NCBI GenBank assembly: GCA_951406725.2
Contig: OX597824.1
Location: 78,306,001 to 78,370,000, forward strand
DNA: 64,000 nt
Reading direction: 5' to 3'
DNA from: Octopus vulgaris
Taxonomy: Eukaryota
The notes beneath the pieces are model-generated. The model was not told the origin of the DNA. It ran no database searches and was given only the letters and a program-made list of their open reading frames with translations. The translations under genes were made by a program, and so were the position numbers. Each line of letters starts with the position of its first letter. The stretch's first letter is position 1. Below are positions 57,293 to 64,000 of the stretch, in pieces.

Positions 57293-57681
57293 GTGGAAGC
57301 ACTCCGTCGGTTTCGACGATGAGGGTTCCGGTTGATCCGAATCAACGGAACAGCCTGCTCGTGAAATTAACGTGTAAGTGGCTGAGCACTCCACAGACAC
57401 GTGCACCCTTAACGTAGTTCTCGGGGATATTCAGCGTGACACAGAGAGTGACAAGGCCGGCCCCTTGAAATACAGGTACAACAGAAACAGGAAGTAAGAG
57501 TGAGAGAAAGTTGTGTGGTGAAAGAGTACAGCAGGGATCACCACCATCCCCTGCCGGAGCCTCGTTGAGCTTTTAGGTGTTTTCGCTCAATAAATACTCA
57601 CAACGCCCGGTCAGGGAATCGAAACCGCGATCCTATGACCGCGAGTCCGCTGCCCTAACCACTGGGCCATTGCGCCTCCAC
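57293..57681 (-). mobile_element. SINE family C, full length, tail iii
   Basis: 10-bp TSD ggagggatat at 57283-57292 and 57682-57691; intact A/B boxes. Confidence 0.92.
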
Positions 57682-57983
57682 GGAGGGATATATTATCCGG
57701 GCAGATACTGTATTTGCTCTCAGTTAGGTTCCAGTTAACGGATAACCACATTGATCGGTATTTAACGTCTGTGACGACTATTTGGTGCTAGTCACTCTGT
57801 GAAATCTTCACAGTAATTTCGTGTACACTTCGATGGACTGTAAAAATTGTCTTGAGTATATATTATCATTTTTTTCTTACTCTAGTCTCAGCTCCGAGTT
57901 GTGGCCATGCCGATGCACCGCCGTTTTGCTGCACTGTTATTATCATGAACGAGGACTTTTGAAGATAACCGTGGATGTAATAG

Positions 57984-58086
57984 GTGGAACTACATGCATG
58001 TTCGACCTCGTGTTGATATCTGGCACGGAGTTCGACAAATCATATCTTTATGTGACGACTTCACTGATGAGCTGCAGATGAACTGT
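57984..58086 (+). CDS. Candidate exon
   Basis: Strong donor gtaagt, weak acceptor; open frame WNYMHVRPRVDIWHGVRQIISLCDDFTDELQMNC; no homology recognised. Confidence 0.2.
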
Positions 58087-58151
58087 GTAAGTAAAATTGC
58101 ATAATTTATCAACAGTGAAACAATTGTATGGGGTTGACACTTATGTGGATC

Positions 58152-58210
<59 letters not shown>

Positions 58211-58215
<5 letters not shown>

Positions 58216-58561
58216 GTTGAAGTGAATCGAACAGCTTTGTGTGTTTCTTAAATGGCTTACAAACACCTTCCACGCTGCAATTGTTTATAAGTCATTTAAG
58301 AAACACACAAAGCTGTTCGATTCACTTCAACATTTAAGTTTAATTTGTCAAAATATTTTCGTCGCTAAAATCCGCTGTCAGTGAACAGGTCGCGGATTTT
58401 AGCGACGAAAATATTTTGACAAATTAAACTTAAATGTTGAAGTGAATCGAACGGCTTTTGTGTGTTTCTTAAATGTCTGACAAACACCTTCCACGCTGCA
58501 ATTGTTTTCGTTTCAGCACACGATCTCAGATCAAATCACTTCCTATGCGAGTACATCTCCG

Positions 58562-58563
<2 letters not shown>
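58211..58563. mobile_element. PLE pLTR-like element with direct-inverted-direct structure
   Basis: Arms 58293-58375 / 58392-58475 form a near-perfect palindrome; 58211-58286 is a direct copy of 58431-58507; (TA)n flanks. Confidence 0.85.
58376..58421 (+). ncRNA. Variant type I hammerhead ribozyme with G3:C8 swap
   Basis: UGUCA GUGAACA G GUCGC-GGAUUUUA-GCGAC GAAA AUAU UU UGACA. Confidence 0.65.
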
Positions 58564-58620
<57 letters not shown>

Positions 58621-59525
58621 TTGGAGATGTATGTAAATTATGTAATATTATATATGTAAAAATATGAAAAGTAATGCATATTAGTTTAGATGTATATGTG
58701 TACTAGAGCGAGCGAGAGGGTCAGAGGGAGAGAGAGAGACAGGGAGAGAGAGAGAGACAGAGAGAGAGAGACAGGGAGAGAGAGAGAGACAGAGAGAGAG
58801 AGACAGGGAGAGAGAGAGAGACAGAGAGAGAGAGACGGAGAGAGAGAGACAGAAGGAGAGACGGAGAGAAAAAGAGAGACTGTGTGTGGGGGGGGGGGTG
58901 TAAGGAAACCATTTTCGTTCTAAGATTTTCGCTAATCTTTTGTTCTGGACCAGTATTTTATTTATCGGCGCCAGTATTGTATAATTCAAAGTTGACCTCA
59001 GCAATATCAGAAATCAGGGAAAAAAATCGGTACAGTGACCGCAAGGCCTTGTATCCGATGTTTTATTGATTTCTGATGTTTCTGTCTTATATAGGTTTGT
59101 TGTTGTGTTTATTTACACACCCACGCGCACGCACGCATGCACACATACACACACAAGCAAACAAACACACAAACTTACGCACACACAATCACATATAAGA
59201 ATATTGATATCTACATTATATATATATTATATATAAATACGTATGTATATACATGCCTATGTATATATATGCGTGTGTGTGTATATGTATATATATATAT
59301 GTGTGTGTATGTATGCAATGTTTAGTAAAGATATATCTAAATTTAACATGTAAGCTAGAAAGTGCAATGTTTCCAGTACGAAATATTTTCACTCAAAGAT
59401 TAAAACCTTTAAAAACGTATTATCTTCATAAATGATTCTCTTTAAAGTACATTTCCTTGTATGTACACACACACACACAGATATATATATATAAAGCATA
59501 TATATATTTACATATAAGATGTATG

Positions 59526-59650
<125 letters not shown>

Positions 59651-59666
59651 GTTATATATACATATG

Positions 59667-59708
<42 letters not shown>

Positions 59709-59749
59709 TGAGTTTTTTGTGCATCTTGTTGTTGACATAAGTTCCTTGC

Positions 59750-59832
59750 TTTTCCTGATGAGAAAGCGGCATAATATACTCCCTATTCCTTCGCAATTAG
59801 GAATATGCAGCCTTCGAAACATATGTCGAAAA
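59750..59832 (+). ncRNA. Type I hammerhead ribozyme, canonical core
   Basis: UUUUC CUGAUGA GAAAGCGGCAUA...UAUGCAGCCUUC GAAA CAUAUG UC GAAAA; helix I extends via UUCCUU/AAGGAA. Confidence 0.88.
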
Positions 59833-60616
59833 TAAAGGAATTTTGTTAATTCGTCGTTCAACTCCATTTTTTCATATATATATATATATATATATATACG
59901 GTGCAAAATCTGGATCTACACTTGAATAAGGAAAGATCTTAATTAATACAAGTGTGGGAATTCTGTTATGATTAACAGGACCAATCTCGGGGGAACTGTT
60001 ATTCTTGTATCGTTTCTTTACATCTTATAGGCTTGGTGTCAGTGAATGTTTTGACTTTTAAGGTGCTGTTGAATATCTTTGCATGAGTGGACAACGAATG
60101 AGACGAAATCATTGTTGATAGCGAAGTAATTAGAATGGCTAGTGTAGAAGTCTTTTGTTGAAAAGATCAAGTATTTTCTGTATTAAGTAGTCTAATTGTT
60201 AATAGTTATATTTCCTTTGTTTCTGCTTTCTGTATCTCATGTAATTTTTAGTTGATCATACCAAAGCTGTAGCTTCGAACCAAAAATGCTAGTCACTTTG
60301 AAACGTCCATATTATTACATATTCAACTCATTCATTGGGAACAACCTATTCCAATAGAAGCATTAATTTCGGTTCAGCTCACTCGATTTTTTTTTTCTTT
60401 TATTTTGTTGTTTGCTTGGTGGGCATAATGGTATATTAATTTGTTCAGCTCTTCCATTCTCATCCATTGACTATCTTTTAACTGAACCTGTAAAAACCAG
60501 TTTTAAAAATGGATGAACGTATGGATGGATTTTACTCTATAAAACCACAACGGAATGTATGAAGCTTCCGAGATAATGGAATTTGTAAAATAATATACAT
60601 ATTAACATGTTTTTAC

Positions 60617-60666
<50 letters not shown>

Positions 60667-61084
60667 TGTGTGTGTGTTTGAATATATGTGTTATGTATGT
60701 GTGTATGCATATATGAATGCATATACCAGATTATAATGAGAGGATCGCAACAAGGATATACAAAAAGACGACTGCTCAAATATAAATATAAGACGCCATA
60801 CAAATTATATCCGGTCTAGTCGACAACAACCGCTGAATATAAAACTGTGTCTCTTCGCGTTTTAATAATTGATGTGGTTAAATAACACTCGAGTTACGTA
60901 ACAGCTGGACAAACTGAAACAATACGTGGGTAAAGTAGAATAAAGGAAATGCGATTGATACGTAGTTAGATGGAGAGATACTTATGCACATGAAGATGAA
61001 TAATCTTCAGATAAATGTATAAAACAAAGATAAATGAATATTTTATATACGTTTGTATATCTCTATTCATGCAGAGTGTATGTA

Positions 61085-61505
61085 TAGGCGCAGGAGTGGC
61101 TGTGTAGTAACTAGCTTGCTTACCAACCACATGGTTCCGGGTTCAGTCCCACTGCATGGCACCTTGGGCAAGTGTCTTCTACTATAGCTCCGAGCCAACC
61201 AAAATTTTGTGAGTGAATTTGTTAAACGGAAACTGAAAGAAGCCCATTGTATATGTGTGTGTGTGTATATGTGTTTGTGTATCTGTGTTTGAACCCTCAC
61301 CCCACCCCACCCACCCACCCACCATCGTTTGACAAATGATGCTGGTGTGTTTAAGTCTCCGTAACTTAGCGGTTCGGCAAAAGAGACCGATAGCGTACGC
61401 ATTAGGCTTACAAAGGATAGTCCTGGAGTTAATTTGCTTGACTAAAGGCGGTGCTCCATCATGGCCGCTGTCAAATGACTGAAACAAATAAATGTGTAAA
61501 AGAGT
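61085..61505 (+). mobile_element. SINE family B, full length
   Basis: Family identity. Confidence 0.9.
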
Positions 61506-61559
61506 ATATGTGTGTGTATGTATGTATGTATGTATGTATGTATGTATGTATTTTTTCAT

Positions 61560-61905
61560 CCCGCAAAACCCGTCAAAGGGCGGAGGAACTCTTGAGAGTC
61601 AATGATCATCCTATAAATGTCTTAAGGCTGTATCATGCGCGGGGACATAGAAATAATTGGACTGAATACCTGATCGCGCGGTTAAACCATTGGGTGTGAA
61701 GGACCCCTAGCCCTTGTTAGGGCATTCTTCTAGGAGAAAGTAACTCAGGTAACTGGGATAACTCCGACATAAACCTGCGGCTCAGTGGTTACCGATGATG
61801 TTGACTTGGTCTTCTTTTCGGATTACGGCTGCTGTTGCTTAGTGAGTGGGATTGACTCAGTGTACAGCCTTTCCTCACTTAAAAAAAATCTTCTTGCACA
61901 GGCAT
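61560..61905 (+). mobile_element. Possible RTE-type LINE 5' UTR fragment
   Basis: GC-richer island; ttagggcattcttctaggagaaagtaactc...aaacct resembles RTE 5' UTR motifs (recalled, not searched). Confidence 0.35.
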
Positions 61906-61982
61906 TGCACTATAACAACATTGATTAAGCTTCGTGCAATGGCCATACTCGATAACGAGGAGGCAGCCACCATGTATGTATG

Positions 61983-62021
<39 letters not shown>

Positions 62022-62311
62022 GTATGTATGTATGTATGTATGTATGTATGTATGTATGTATGTATGTATGTATGTATGTATGTATGCATGCATGTATGTA
62101 TGTATGTATTTATGTATGTGTGCATATATGTGTATCGTTGTAATAAATATTTCGCAATTATAAAGAAAAGATTGTCTTCGCGTAAAGCAATTTAGCAGGG
62201 ACTTACATAAACATGAAATGAGAAATCATGTTTAAACCAATAATGCGAAGAAATATAATGCAGAGTAAAAGGAAGATATATTAGAAATAAATCATGTTAT
62301 AGAAATTACAA

Positions 62312-62625
62312 TAGGCTCAGGCGTGCCTGTGTGGTAAGAAGCTTGCTTCCCAACCACATGGTTCCGGTGGTGCCGGGTTCTGGGTTCCGGGTTCAGTTCC
62401 ACCGCGTGGAATCGTAAGTGCCTTCTACTATAGCCTCAGGCCGATCAAGATCTTCTAAGTGGATTTGGTAAACGGAAACTGATGTCCGTCATATATATGT
62501 TTATGGGTGTGTGTGTTTGTGTGAGTTTGTGTGTGTGTGTGTCTGTGTGTGTGTGTCTTTGTGTTTCATTTGTTCCCACCACCACCACCATCGCTTCACA
62601 ACCGATGTTGGTGTATTTACGTCCT
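62312..62625 (+). mobile_element. SINE family B, diverged
   Basis: Family identity. Confidence 0.82.
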
Positions 62626-62868
62626 CCGTCTTCAGTGAAGAATTTTACATTTGAAGTGTTCACAGAAAGGAGATTAAAGATGGTCCTTTTATATGTAAAC
62701 ATATGTACATTTTTTGTATTAAATGTATTTAAAATGTATTTAATATGTTTTGTATATCGACTTTCCTAACTTGTTTATCCTTACATTTGTATATATATAT
62801 ATATATATATATATTGGTAAAAACGGTAAGATAACAAAAGAAAGAAAGAGACCTCAATATTATGTAAA

Positions 62869-64000
62869 GGCTTGGAAGATTTCGAAGCGGACCTACTGAA
62901 AATTATGAATAAAATAAAATTGCGTAAGTCTTTAAACAATTTCCAACATAAATTGAAAAAAGATATAAAACATATAAAAAGCTCCAAGAAAAAAGCACTT
63001 TTTTCGGATAAAACCAAGAACTTATACCTGATAGATAACAGCATATATACACAACTCTTACACTAATAATTACTCTAAGGCTAGGCCACAGACATATAAT
63101 GAAATTAATAAAGAAGCTAGCGTTATCGCCGCTAAACTTAAATTAGATAAAAAAAATAGAAGTCCTCTCCTAAAAAGAGGCCTTTCTTACAATTAAAGAC
63201 CACAAAGAGAACTTCCTTTCCAACCCTAAATGTAGGCTTATCAACCCAGCTAAGTCAGAACTTGGGATTATTAGTAAAGAAATTTTAGATAAAATAAATG
63301 CGAAAATTAAGACCGCTACTAGGCTAGTACAATGGTCCAATAGTATAGAAGTCGTATACTGGTTTAAAGCCATTAAGAATAAGAAAAAAGCGAGGTTTAC
63401 ACAATTCGATATTGTTGATTTTTATGCCTCTATATCTAAAGAACTGCTAGATAAAGCCCTCGTCTTCGCTAGCGATTTCATAGAAATCAGTACAAAAGAT
63501 AAGGACATAATCTTCCATGCTAGAAAGACCTTACTTTTCAGTGATAACGCAAAGTGGGTCAAAAATACCGACACAGAGGGTGCTTTCGATGTGAGCATGG
63601 GGTCATATGATGGAGCAGGCATTTGCGATCTTATTGGATTTTTTCTCCTAGATACTTTAGTAAGACATTTCCTGACGTATATTTCGACATCTACAAAGAT
63701 GATGCCCTCGCTTTAACCGCTAATACAAATGGGCCAGCAGAGGATCGTTTTAGCAAGGATATTATCCAATTAATGAAATACTTCGGACTTAGTATAACTA
63801 TAGATACTAACCTGACGGTTGTCAATTTCCTAGACGTTTCCTTAGATCTAAATAAGAATATTTATAAGCCTTATAGGAAGCCCAATGATAGATTTAGTTA
63901 TATTAATGTAGGTTCATGCCATCCCCCTATAGTATTCAAAAATTTAGTTAAAAATATTAGTAAGAGAATTTCTAGCCTCTCCTCCGATAAGGACATTTTT
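62869..64000 (+). pseudogene. Naiad-type Penelope-like element reverse transcriptase (runs off the window)
   Basis: SDKTKNLY, AFLTIKDHKENF, CRLINPAKSELG, QFDIVDFYASI, FDVSMGSYDGA, YKDD, VNFLDVSLDL, YKPYRKPN, SCHPP; frameshifts near 63065, 63155 and 63660, stop at about 63171. Confidence 0.93.

Noticed and set aside
58060-58095. CTGATGA followed by GAAC
   Set aside because: No stem I or II pairing and no GAAA
61560-61905. Possible HDV-like ribozyme in an RTE 5' UTR
   Set aside because: Could not build the nested double pseudoknot; the element's 5' end seems to be missing

Overview
AT-rich, repeat-saturated eukaryotic DNA, most likely an octopus (coleoid cephalopod) intron or intergenic region. 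This assignment is inferred from the SINE families and the extreme (TA)n/(GATA)n/(TACA)n/(ATT)n content. I recognise no intact protein-coding gene, and most of the supplied ORFs are microsatellite or SINE artefacts. The window contains four tRNA-derived SINE families (about 45 copies) with mix-and-match heads and tails, and decayed DNA transposons (MULE, Chapaev3, Tc1/mariner, pogo-like and piggyBac-like MITEs, three small Helitrons). It also holds LINE fragments (CR1/L2, L1/Tx1, RTE, R4/Dong) and Penelope-like element (PLE) remnants of the Naiad type: an RT pseudogene at the right edge and a GIY-YIG C-terminus in an inverted duplication. The strongest hidden signal is a set of about 15 type I hammerhead ribozyme (HHR) folds of several families, mostly in short repeats embedded in (TA)n, consistent with PLE pseudo-LTRs or retrozymes. 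Several have non-canonical cores: a G3:C8 swap, a multi-copy A6U plus extra-A family, U4C and C3U. Two lie inside partial tandem repeats with periods of 515 and about 346 nt. One Naiad endonuclease copy has TGA at a conserved CxxC cysteine (possible selenocysteine). A few low-confidence host exon candidates are listed. All calls were made by eye; no searches were run.
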